Shown: piece by piece, positions 10,883-20,251 of the stretch
How positions within the stretch are numbered: position 1 is the stretch's first letter
Layout of the letters: each line of letters begins with the position of its first letter
From: Candidatus Aenigmatarchaeota archaeon
GTDB taxonomy: Archaea > Aenigmatarchaeota > Aenigmatarchaeia > CG10238-14 > SCSR01
Reading direction: 5' to 3'
NCBI GenBank assembly: GCA_038998335.1
Contig: JAVZHQ010000001.1
Location: forward strand, 64,001 to 128,000
Length of the DNA: 64,000 bases
Position numbers and translations under genes: made by a program
Notes under the pieces: model-generated
What the model was told of the DNA's origin: nothing
What the model saw: the letters and a program-made list of their open reading frames with translations, nothing else
Databases searched by the model: none

Positions 10883-11947
10883 ATGAAAAAAATTATAATT
10901 TTTGCTCTTGTAGTTGTAATTGTTTCTCTATCTTTAATCAGTTTTTATTATTACTTTTTTCCAAAAGAGGAATTTGAAAGAAGTCAACTTCCTATTCTTC
11001 ATGTTCAAGGAAATAAAATTCTAGACGAAAACAATACTCAAATCATTTTTCGAGGAGTAAATTCTATCGGGGTTGGCGAGATGATGTATTATGATAGGTG
11101 GAATGAAGAGTATTTTGAAAAAATGAAAGGGTGGAATGTGAAAATTGTAAGGTTTCCAATTCATTATGCATCTTATAAATGGTACGAAAAGCATAAGCCA
11201 GGATACTTTTTAAAATCACTTGACCAAGGAATAGAATGGGCTGCAAGAAATGGTATTTACTCTATTATCGATTTTCATTCTTGTGGTTGGCCTGTTACTG
11301 GTGAGCATTTTGGTGGAGAATATGACCCTACTTGGAGAGCTAATATTTACGAATTTACTTCTGATGAGTTAAAAGATTTCTGGGAAAAGGTTTCAAAGTA
11401 CTTCGCAAACGATACACGCATCGCATTTTACGACCTTTTTAACGAACCTGCAAAGGATAATCCAAATATAGGAGGTGTGGGAGATGATATAACCCTTGAA
11501 GCATGGTTGGAATGGCGTAACTTTGCTGAAGAATTAATAGATATTATCCGTAAAAATGACCCTAATCGTGCTGTATTAGTTGGTGGGTTACAATTTTCTT
11601 ATTATGTTAATCATGCAGTAGATTATCCTGTTCGCAGATCAAATGTGGTTTATTCTGTACATATTTATAATAACACGAATTGGATGGTAAGTTGGGACGA
11701 AGCATTTGGTAACGCTTCATCTTACATTCCGATATTGGTTGGAGAAATAGGTTTTGACCCAAACGACCCAAATATTGGCGGAACTGTTGAGAATTTTGCA
11801 GAACCACTGATAAAATATTTAGAAGAAAAAGGTATTGGTTGGCTAGCTTGGAATTTTGGTCCTGAATGGACTCCAAAACTTTTGCTTGATTGGGATTATA
11901 ATCCTACTGTTTCAGGTGAATTCTTTTACAAGAAATTACATAGTTAG
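10883..11947 (+). CDS. Membrane-anchored glycoside hydrolase family 5 (cellulase-like)
   Basis: N-terminal TM, IIDFH, LFNEP (acid/base), YSVHIY, VGEIG (nucleophile), WLAW. Confidence 0.9.
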   Translation: MKKIIIFALVVVIVSLSLISFYYYFFPKEEFERSQLPILHVQGNKILDENNTQIIFRGVNSIGVGEMMYYDRWNEEYFEKMKGWNVKIVRFPIHYASYKWYEKHKPGYFLKSLDQGIEWAARNGIYSIIDFHSCGWPVTGEHFGGEYDPTWRANIYEFTSDELKDFWEKVSKYFANDTRIAFYDLFNEPAKDNPNIGGVGDDITLEAWLEWRNFAEELIDIIRKNDPNRAVLVGGLQFSYYVNHAVDYPVRRSNVVYSVHIYNNTNWMVSWDEAFGNASSYIPILVGEIGFDPNDPNIGGTVENFAEPLIKYLEEKGIGWLAWNFGPEWTPKLLLDWDYNPTVSGEFFYKKLHS

Positions 11948-11990
11948 TACTCAAACTCAAAGTTGAATTCTAATCGAAAAGGTCATAAGA

Positions 11991-12083
11991 TGGGGACGCT
12001 GGGATTTGAACCCAGGTTTTCTCGTGCAAAGCACTCTGAGCCTCCCAAGGGCCCGATCCTAGACCAAGCTAGACGACGTCCCC
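11991..12083 (-). tRNA. tRNA-Pro(UGG) with 22-nt variable region, probable 18-nt non-canonical intron
   Basis: GGGGACG/CGTCCCC acceptor, GGGCC-CTTGGGA-GGCTC anticodon arm, CTGGG-TTCAAAT-CCCAG T arm; no encoded CCA. Confidence 0.93.
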
Positions 12084-12168
12084 CTTATTATAATTTTAAG
12101 TTTATGATAAATGCTTTTTATTTTCTTACTCTTGTGGAATAGTCTTATTTGCTTACCTTAATGAGATA

Positions 12169-12243
12169 TGGGAGGACCGGGATTTGAACCCGGGTTGCCG
12201 GCACCCCAAGCCGGATGCCTAGACCAAGCTAGCAGATCCTCCC
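12169..12243 (-). tRNA. tRNA-Pro(GGG)
   Basis: 75-nt cloverleaf, GGGAGGA/TCCTCCC acceptor, CCGGC-TTGGGGT-GCCGG anticodon arm, TTCAAAT T loop. Confidence 0.95.
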
Positions 12244-12284
12244 GATAATCAAACATTATTTGATTACAAATTAAAAAATAAATT

Positions 12285-14663
12285 ATGGTTTATGAAACTA
12301 TTGTTGGTAGACTAAAAGAAGATAGAGAAAAATTTGGAAACAAGTGCTCAGGCTACTTGGGTAAGCATATTGTTGGAACTGGCGAAGACGCTCACCTAAC
12401 AACAAAAGTTTTTATCGATTTGCTTCGATGTCATGTAATTCTAATTTCAGGAAAAAGGGGCTGTGTTACTAAGGATACACTCATTTTTACCGATAAAGGA
12501 TATAAACCAATAATGGAATTTGACAGGTTGAAGGATAAAGTTTATACCTGGAATTCTGAAACCGGTTCTTTTGAATGGACTGAGGCAAATTTGATTAGCT
12601 ACCCTATAGACGAGGAATTGTTTGAGATGGAGCTTCAAGACGGAAGAAGGATAATAGTAACCAATGATCATCCTCTTTTAACCTTTGAGGACGGCCATTT
12701 TAGGTGGAAAAAAGCCCAAGAATTGAAGGTCAACGACAGACTTGTTGTAAATTTAAAAGTTCCAGAAATAAGTAATGACAAGGAAAGCACTAGAATAGCT
12801 AGATTACTTGGTTTCGTTCTTGCCGATGGAAACATTTATATAAAAAAGGGTAAACAGAAAGATAGCAAAGGATATTGGTATAATGGAACTATAAAAAGAC
12901 TTAGAATTTTTAACGCTAATAAAAGTGTCCTACGTCAAGCTAAAAAAGATTTAGAGGAAGAATTTGGGGTTAAAGTTGGGGTTGAAAAGAGAAAAACAAG
13001 GGATGTTATTTTGCGAGTGAGAAATGGCAAAGTAATCGATAAATTTATAGAATTGGGAGTTCCTGTAGGTTCTAAGGCAGATAAAATAAGAGTACCACCA
13101 ATAGTTTGGGAGAGTTCGAATGATTTTAAAGCAAACTTCCTGAGCGCTCTTTTTTCCTGTGACGGTTATGTTGATAAAAATGGTGCGTTGTACTATTATT
13201 CAAAGTCAAGAAAATTTTTAGAAGATATTCAATTATTGCTCGCTCATTTTAAAATATTATCAACAATTAGACCAAAAATAGTGAAACTCAAGAAAAAACT
13301 GTTCATAAATTATACACTTTACATAACTGATCATTTTTCTATCGAGCAATTCAAGAAAATCGGCTTGATTCATGACAGGAAAAACAAACGATTGCAAAGT
13401 CATAAATTTAAAAAGTTTGAGATGAAGAAAGGAGTTAGATTTTTCACAGAAGAGTTAGTAGGTATTAAAATCAAAAAAATTAAAAAAGTCAAGGGAATTA
13501 AAGAAGTTTATGATCTTAACGTCCCAAAGACGCATTCTTTCTTAGCAAATGGTATCTTGTCCCATAATACAGGTAAAAGCTATGATGCAGGAGTAATAGC
13601 AGAAGAAATTGCTTCACTTCCACAAGAATTTAGAAAAAATTTAAGCGTAATTATGATAGATACTATGGGGATTTTCTGGAGCTTAAAAAAACCAAACGAA
13701 CAGCAAAAATCTTTACTTAAAGAATGGGGTCTAGAACCAAAAGGTTTTGAAAACGTGAAAGTTTTCGTTCCCTATTCTCAGCTAGAAGATTTTAAAAATG
13801 CAGGAATTCCCGTTGACGAAGGAATTTCTATTTTGCCTTATGAGTTTTCAGCCGAAGAATGGAGACTAGCTTTTAACTTAAAAAGAACAGAACCTGCAGG
13901 AATTGCTCTAGAAAAAGTTATAAACCAACTTTTAGAATCTCAACAAAATTTTTCCATAGATGATATAATAACAAAAGTTAGAGACGACAAAGAAACTTCA
14001 CAAGAAGTGAAAAGTGCTTTAGAAAACATGTTAACTGTAGCTAAGCAATGGGGAGTTTTTGGAGAAAAAGGAATTAATATAGATGATATTGTTCAACCAG
14101 GTCAAATTTCTGTGGTTGATGTTTCTAGGTTAAGGGCAACAGAAGCCTGGAGCGTTAGAAACTTTATTGTTGCTATGATAGCAAGAAAAGTTTATGAGTA
14201 TCGTTTGCTAGCAAGAAAAGAAGAGGAAATAGCAAAGCTTGAGGGAAGAAAACTTGAAAAAAGATATCCTATGGTTTGGCTTATTGTTGATGAGGCTCAC
14301 AACTTTTGTCCTTCAGATTTTGAAACAGTTTCTTCTCAACCATTTCTAACAATAGCAAAGCAAGGAAGAGAACCTGGGGTAAGCTTGGTAGTAATAACCC
14401 AAATGCCAAACAAAATTCATCAAGACATTCTAAGCCAATGTGATTTAGTAATTTCTCATCGTTTAACTTCTCGTGATGATTTACAAGCTTTGCATGCTGT
14501 TTATCAAACTTATATGGCTGAAGAAATTGAGAAAATGATTAACAAGCTCCCAAGATGGCCTGGAGCTGCTTTAATTCTTGACGATAATCTGGAAAAAATT
14601 TTTACTGTTTGCGTTAGGCCTAGACTTTCATGGCATGCAGGAGGAACTGCTGCAGTTGTTTAA
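12285..14663 (+). CDS. HerA/FtsK-like (DUF87-type) ATPase with an intein
   Basis: Walker A SGKRG|TGKS split by the intein; LIVDEAHNF, KQGREPG, ITQ motifs. Confidence 0.88.
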   Translation: MVYETIVGRLKEDREKFGNKCSGYLGKHIVGTGEDAHLTTKVFIDLLRCHVILISGKRGCVTKDTLIFTDKGYKPIMEFDRLKDKVYTWNSETGSFEWTEANLISYPIDEELFEMELQDGRRIIVTNDHPLLTFEDGHFRWKKAQELKVNDRLVVNLKVPEISNDKESTRIARLLGFVLADGNIYIKKGKQKDSKGYWYNGTIKRLRIFNANKSVLRQAKKDLEEEFGVKVGVEKRKTRDVILRVRNGKVIDKFIELGVPVGSKADKIRVPPIVWESSNDFKANFLSALFSCDGYVDKNGALYYYSKSRKFLEDIQLLLAHFKILSTIRPKIVKLKKKLFINYTLYITDHFSIEQFKKIGLIHDRKNKRLQSHKFKKFEMKKGVRFFTEELVGIKIKKIKKVKGIKEVYDLNVPKTHSFLANGILSHNTGKSYDAGVIAEEIASLPQEFRKNLSVIMIDTMGIFWSLKKPNEQQKSLLKEWGLEPKGFENVKVFVPYSQLEDFKNAGIPVDEGISILPYEFSAEEWRLAFNLKRTEPAGIALEKVINQLLESQQNFSIDDIITKVRDDKETSQEVKSALENMLTVAKQWGVFGEKGINIDDIVQPGQISVVDVSRLRATEAWSVRNFIVAMIARKVYEYRLLARKEEEIAKLEGRKLEKRYPMVWLIVDEAHNFCPSDFETVSSQPFLTIAKQGREPGVSLVVITQMPNKIHQDILSQCDLVISHRLTSRDDLQALHAVYQTYMAEEIEKMINKLPRWPGAALILDDNLEKIFTVCVRPRLSWHAGGTAAVV
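12462..13568 (+). mobile_element. Intein with LAGLIDADG endonuclease (369 aa)
   Basis: Starts Cys (CVTKDT), block B VTNDHP, LLGFVLADG and FLSALFSCDG, ends VYDLNV...SHN followed by Thr. Confidence 0.95.
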
Positions 14664-14687
14664 TTTAATAAAAATAGAATTAAAATT

Positions 14688-17600
14688 ATGAAGAAATTAG
14701 AACTTTTGGTTTTTATTTTTTTAATTTTTTCTATATTTTCTATAATATCATTTGAAGTCAGAGCAGAGAATTATAAATTGTTTTTTGGTGATTTGCACGG
14801 GCACACTTTTTGGTCTGACGGTAAAGGTTCTCCAGCCGAGTATTTCACTTATTGCAGAGATGTAGCAAAACTAGATTTTTGTGCAATTACAGATCATAAT
14901 GTGGGTCAGACCAGCCTGAACAATATCTCTGCTGAAGCTAATAAGTTTACTTCTCCCACTTTTATTGCTTTTGCAGGAAACGAATGGTCTTCACCTAAAT
15001 ATGGACACAAATGTTGCTATAACATTTCTACTTCTTGCAGTGCAACTTCTCAGAACTGTGATGAAACTAATGAACTTTACGAAAAAGTTAAAAGAGAAGG
15101 TGGGTTATGTCATACCGCCCATCCTGCAACTAGTTGGGAAGGTCAAAATGCTACTGACTGGAGTGTTGTAAGGGATGAAGTAGAAGTTGCAGGTGAAATT
15201 TATGCTAATGAAACTAAAATGATTGAGGCGTGGAGTAATTACAGTTTAAAACTAGGGGTGGTAGGGGTTAGCGATACTCATGACGGAAGGCCAGGGTCTA
15301 GCGGAATAACAGGGTGCTACGCTAGTGAGCTTACCAGAAAAGGAATTTTGGAAGCTTTAAAAGCAAGAAGATGTTTTGCTACAAGCTCTGGAGCTAACAG
15401 AACTCATTTTCCCATGAATTTAAGTTTTAAAATAAATGGTCATTGGATGGGGGAAGAAATTTCGCTTAATTATGGTTCTAAACTAAATTTTGAAATAATA
15501 GTTAATGCAACTTATAACGTCACTCGTATCTACATTAAGAAAAATGGAGAAACAATCGCAACAAAAACAGATTGCAATTTCCAAAATTGTGCATGGTTTT
15601 ATTCATCATTTGCCGATACAAATTCATATTACTATGTCGTTGCAACCACTTCTGCAGGTAAAAGTGTATGGTCATCACCAATTTTTATTAGTTTAAGTAA
15701 TCTAGTTACTAATCCTTCTTTCGAAGGAAATACTTGGCAAGTAGATCCGAATAATACAAACTTTGAAGATTGGGAGATTTCTCGCTACTCTCATAATGGG
15801 TTAATTAAAACATGGGTAGAAACTTCCAACGTTCATTCAGGAAGTAAAGCTTTTGGTTTTAGAACAGAAGCTCCCTCTTCAACTAACATAAGCTTAAGCA
15901 TTTCTTCTAACCGTTCAAAACTGATTCCAATAGATGAAAACAAGTACTTGGAAGCAGGTTTATGGGCCTATGTTAAAGAAGGATATTACGGTGATGATAT
16001 TTCTATAGTTTTCTATTTCGAAAACGGCTCTTCCATAAGACTTTGGGGTCAGGATAAGCTTGGGGGCTGGAACACAGGAATGTGGTCTAGAGTAAGCTAC
16101 TTATGGTATCCTTCTTCTCTAGGCGAAGGAAAAGGCTACATACCAAAAGGAGCAAAGTACGCAAGAATAGTTATATTTTGCAATTATCACGAAGGTGGAA
16201 TAAAAGAAAGAATATACGATGATGTTTTTGTTAAGCAGCATGATAATTATCCTGGCTGGAAAGAAAGACTGGAAAAAAATTTTACTAACTTAAAACTTCT
16301 AGCAGATTATAACAAATTTTTAGGAGTAAGCAATTTATCTTATGGAGTTCATGATGATAAAATACTATACTTAGGTAACGAAACCTTTTTAGAAAAAATT
16401 AGAGCGCTTAACTTCAGTTACATAAGATTCCAGTACAAGTATTACGAGGCATGTAAATATTGGAATGAAACTACCCATTCTTGTAAAGAATATGATTGGA
16501 CAAAAGTGGACAAGCTTATAGAAGCGATTAAAGCTACAGGTGCGGAACCAATAATATGCGTAGCTGGTGGAGATATAGGCAGTTCTACTTTTGATCCAAA
16601 TAAATCCTATTGGTTGCCTCCAGGAATGACAGGAAACTATTCTGGAACAGGTTATCCTTCTCATATAGATTTTGGAAATTATATTGCAGATATCGTAAGA
16701 CACTTAAATGTAGAAAAAGGATATAATGTAAAATATTGGGAAATATGGAACGAACCTTCCCCAACTGTAAATATAGATGAATTTGTAAATCTTTTTAACA
16801 ATGCTCAAAGAAGAATGCATGAAATTGACCCAACTATAAAAATTTCTAACGATAGGATAATGACAAATCTTTTAGCTGATGAAATGCTTGAAAAAGCAGA
16901 AGGTGTAGGCTTCCTTAGTTTTCATCATTACGCTGCTGGAGGAACTTGTATGTATCCTCATAACTCATCAAACTTAGAAAACATTTTTTACCCTCCTAAT
17001 GATGTGAATGGTTGGGACAGGGACGAAACTATAATGTATAGAGTTAATAGATTAGGTACAGACTGTTCTAGTTGGTGGTGTACTTATTCTCCTAAAAAAG
17101 CTAGAGAACTTTGGAAGCAAAAAACTGGAAAAGATTTAGAAGTTATAGGGACTGAACTTAATTTGAATTCTGCATGGAGAAACGGAACAGACCATAGGCA
17201 AAATAATATTTTTGGTGCAACTTGGTGGGCTGCAAAAGTTAAAGCTTATATCTTAGATGGTTTTGAAACAAGTTTAGTTTATTTTACTGTTGCTTCTTGG
17301 GACAGACCAGAACATAAAGACAAACCCATGGCAAAATATGGAGGTTTTGGCTTTGGGATGATGAATTCCTCTTATCCTTACAATCCTTATGCACCCTATT
17401 GGTCTATGTATTTACTTACTACATATATCCCAAAAGGAAGCAAATTATACTTCTCTAAATCCTCAGATTCAGATGTAATAGACATTCTTGCCGTAGAATC
17501 AAGAGGTTCAAAAAACATCCTGCTTATAAATAAGGTTAATGAAACAGTTAATTTTACTTTACCAATTCTTGGCTTCACTATTAAAAACGCTACTTTACAT

Positions 17601-18005
17601 ATTTTAGATAAAACAACTTATGTTCAAAGATATGAGCCTTCTTTAGACAGAACTATCATCTACAAATCCTCTATCGATAATATATCTCTTACCAAAAACA
17701 ATGTTCAAGATTTTACTTTTAATGGTTATACGGTAGCAGTATTAGAAGCATTTCCTGATTTAACTGCTCCTTACATAAAAAGCGTTACCGATATAGATTT
17801 GAAATCTGTGACTTGGCAGCCAAACAGGTACTCTATCAAATCAGAATGTCAAGGTTCAAACACAATTCAAGTTTACAGTAATACCAAGCCTTCTTCAATT
17901 AAAATAGGCAATCTTATTGTACCCTATGACGATTCTCTTTCTTCTATTCCTTCTTGGAAATATGATAGAGCTAACAAAATAATAACGATTAACTTCTCCT
18001 GTTAA
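14688..18005 (+). CDS. Secreted modular enzyme: PHP metallohydrolase + CBM-like + GH39/GH-A clan + shared C-terminal domain
   Basis: Signal peptide, GDLHGHT..SDG, ITDH, SDTHD; NLVTNPSFE; YWEIWNEP; GTELN. Confidence 0.75.
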   Translation: MKKLELLVFIFLIFSIFSIISFEVRAENYKLFFGDLHGHTFWSDGKGSPAEYFTYCRDVAKLDFCAITDHNVGQTSLNNISAEANKFTSPTFIAFAGNEWSSPKYGHKCCYNISTSCSATSQNCDETNELYEKVKREGGLCHTAHPATSWEGQNATDWSVVRDEVEVAGEIYANETKMIEAWSNYSLKLGVVGVSDTHDGRPGSSGITGCYASELTRKGILEALKARRCFATSSGANRTHFPMNLSFKINGHWMGEEISLNYGSKLNFEIIVNATYNVTRIYIKKNGETIATKTDCNFQNCAWFYSSFADTNSYYYVVATTSAGKSVWSSPIFISLSNLVTNPSFEGNTWQVDPNNTNFEDWEISRYSHNGLIKTWVETSNVHSGSKAFGFRTEAPSSTNISLSISSNRSKLIPIDENKYLEAGLWAYVKEGYYGDDISIVFYFENGSSIRLWGQDKLGGWNTGMWSRVSYLWYPSSLGEGKGYIPKGAKYARIVIFCNYHEGGIKERIYDDVFVKQHDNYPGWKERLEKNFTNLKLLADYNKFLGVSNLSYGVHDDKILYLGNETFLEKIRALNFSYIRFQYKYYEACKYWNETTHSCKEYDWTKVDKLIEAIKATGAEPIICVAGGDIGSSTFDPNKSYWLPPGMTGNYSGTGYPSHIDFGNYIADIVRHLNVEKGYNVKYWEIWNEPSPTVNIDEFVNLFNNAQRRMHEIDPTIKISNDRIMTNLLADEMLEKAEGVGFLSFHHYAAGGTCMYPHNSSNLENIFYPPNDVNGWDRDETIMYRVNRLGTDCSSWWCTYSPKKARELWKQKTGKDLEVIGTELNLNSAWRNGTDHRQNNIFGATWWAAKVKAYILDGFETSLVYFTVASWDRPEHKDKPMAKYGGFGFGMMNSSYPYNPYAPYWSMYLLTTYIPKGSKLYFSKSSDSDVIDILAVESRGSKNILLINKVNETVNFTLPILGFTIKNATLHILDKTTYVQRYEPSLDRTIIYKSSIDNISLTKNNVQDFTFNGYTVAVLEAFPDLTAPYIKSVTDIDLKSVTWQPNRYSIKSECQGSNTIQVYSNTKPSSIKIGNLIVPYDDSLSSIPSWKYDRANKIITINFSC
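17920..17962 (+). repeat. 43-nt exact repeat, copy 1 (copy 2 at 23334-23376; diverged copy near 25047)
   Basis: taccctatgacgattctctttcttctattccttcttggaaata, encoding PYDDSLSSIPSWK. Confidence 0.9.
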
Positions 18006-18017
18006 TAAAATAATATT

Positions 18018-20219
18018 ATGAAGAAGATCTTGCTCATTCTATTCTTTTTCCTATTTCTACCAATCACTGTTTCAGCCCAAGATCTAGTAGCTTACTATTC
18101 CTTTGACGATTGCTCAGCCAAAGATTTATCTGGCTATAATAACAACGGAACAATTTATGGCGCAATCTGCACAGAAGGAAAAATAAATCAAGCTTTAAGC
18201 TTTGACGGTATAGACGATTACATAAATTGTGGAAATTCTTCTATTCTTAATCCTTCTTCGATAACAATCCTAGCCTGGATTTATCCAAAAGGCTGGGGAG
18301 AAAACGGAATGGGAAGAATAGTTACCAAATACTATTCCTACCAATTCTACGTTTATTCAGATGGCAACAGACTAAGCTTCTACTTTTGGAATTCCTCTAA
18401 TTCAACCAATCAAGCCTGGTCGAACATAAACTCAACAAAACTAAACGAATGGCAGTATGTAGGAGTAACTTATGATGGGCAATACATTAAGTTTTACGTT
18501 AACGGTTTACTTTCAGGACAAACAGCAATGAAAGCAGGAAGCTTGCAATCTTCTAACTCAAACCTAATTATAGGAAACAGAGAAAGCCTAGACAGAACTT
18601 TTAACGGCACAATAGACGAAGTAAAAATCTACAACAGAGCTTTAAGCAGCGAAGAAATCTACTCAGAATATCTAAAAACTGTTAAATACTTTCTTTCAGG
18701 TCAACTTAAAGACAAAAATGGTATTCCACTACAAGCAAATATTTCATTTTTAGACAAAGACACAAACGAAATAATTTTGATAAATCGAACAGACGAGAAT
18801 GGAAGTTATTTTTTGTCAGCTTACTATGGAAGTTATGATATCTTGTATGAATTATCTGGCCAAAACTTGTGGATAAAAATAAAAGATTTTAATTTAAATC
18901 AGGATACAAGCGACATTTTAAATTACATATCTTTTGAGTCAAATAAAATATCTTTTCAAGCCACCTTAGACAAAACAATTACTCTTGAGATATCAACTGA
19001 CAAACCTCCTAGCAAAATTTTAATAAACGGAACCGAATTGGAAAAAGTTAATTCTTTGCAAGAATTGAAAAATAACAGCTGGTTTTATGAGTCATTTAAA
19101 AAAATAATTCATTTACAAAATTTTTTAGACTGTAATTTTCTTTGTAAACTTAAAAGATTTTCTTATGGTTTATGTAGAAATACCATGGAAGGCTTCCCGA
19201 AACCAGCTCCATTAGATCTTTCTGATGCAAGAAGAACTTTATGGAGATATTTTCCTTACTTATGGCACAGACATGAAGTTTTGGTTGAACTTTTCAAAAA
19301 CTTATCAAATGCTCATCCAAAATACGCTTCTTACGAATCTATAGGTAAATCGCATGAAGGTAGAGATATATTGATGTTTAAGATAGGAAATCCAGAAGGA
19401 GGAAAAGTTATGTGGGATGGGTGCATCCATGGTCCCGAAGATATAGGAAGCGAGATAATGTATATAATTGCAAAATGGCTTCTTGAAAGTGGGAACGAGA
19501 CAGCTAATAGAATACTTCAAAGAAATTATATTCTTTTTATTCCTGTGGTGAATATGGATTCTTACGCAAGACAAAACAGGAATTTTAGCGCATGTCAATA
19601 CGGAGTAGATTTGAATAGAAACTTTGTAACAGGATGGCGCTCAAGAGCATGTACAATAGGAACGTGTACAAACGATACAGATTGCGAAAATAATTATGGC
19701 AGCTCTTATGTTTGTAGGAATAACACTTGTGTTAATAACTATGATTATTCTGGAGAGTCTCCTGCAAGTGAGAATGAAACAAAAGCATTAAGATATGCTT
19801 TTCAAACTTATAGACCAGAGTTTTATGTTAACACTCATAGAGGTGGTTCTATTCTGTACTATTATTCTGGCAATAATATGTCGATTGTAAATTCCTTACT
19901 CAAGAGAATTAATGAATTAAGCTTACAAATGGGTGTGACACCTTATTCTGCCACTTCAGTTGGAGCAAATGGTATGGCTTTAGCCGATGCAAATTATTTT
20001 GGCGCTACTTCTTGGCTTTTCGAAATAGAAACTTGGGATGTTAATGTAACTTATGACGATATAGTAAATGTTTATTTTCCAAGAGTTTTACCAGTTTTTA
20101 TAGCGATGTGCGAAGCTTCTGAAAAAGTTGTAGAAATTAATCCCTGCCTAAACGGAGAAATTTTAATTGACCAAAATACTTGTTTGCCATACTGGAAATG
20201 CTGTTGTTCTTTTTCTTAA
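18018..20219 (+). CDS. Secreted LamG + M14 zinc carboxypeptidase protein
   Basis: YYSFD...FNGTIDEVKIYNRALS; IGKSHEGR, IHGPE, VDLNRNF, ENETKAL. Confidence 0.85.
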   Translation: MKKILLILFFFLFLPITVSAQDLVAYYSFDDCSAKDLSGYNNNGTIYGAICTEGKINQALSFDGIDDYINCGNSSILNPSSITILAWIYPKGWGENGMGRIVTKYYSYQFYVYSDGNRLSFYFWNSSNSTNQAWSNINSTKLNEWQYVGVTYDGQYIKFYVNGLLSGQTAMKAGSLQSSNSNLIIGNRESLDRTFNGTIDEVKIYNRALSSEEIYSEYLKTVKYFLSGQLKDKNGIPLQANISFLDKDTNEIILINRTDENGSYFLSAYYGSYDILYELSGQNLWIKIKDFNLNQDTSDILNYISFESNKISFQATLDKTITLEISTDKPPSKILINGTELEKVNSLQELKNNSWFYESFKKIIHLQNFLDCNFLCKLKRFSYGLCRNTMEGFPKPAPLDLSDARRTLWRYFPYLWHRHEVLVELFKNLSNAHPKYASYESIGKSHEGRDILMFKIGNPEGGKVMWDGCIHGPEDIGSEIMYIIAKWLLESGNETANRILQRNYILFIPVVNMDSYARQNRNFSACQYGVDLNRNFVTGWRSRACTIGTCTNDTDCENNYGSSYVCRNNTCVNNYDYSGESPASENETKALRYAFQTYRPEFYVNTHRGGSILYYYSGNNMSIVNSLLKRINELSLQMGVTPYSATSVGANGMALADANYFGATSWLFEIETWDVNVTYDDIVNVYFPRVLPVFIAMCEASEKVVEINPCLNGEILIDQNTCLPYWKCCCSFS

Positions 20220-20251
20220 AATATTTGTTCAAAGAACACTAAGTTATATTT

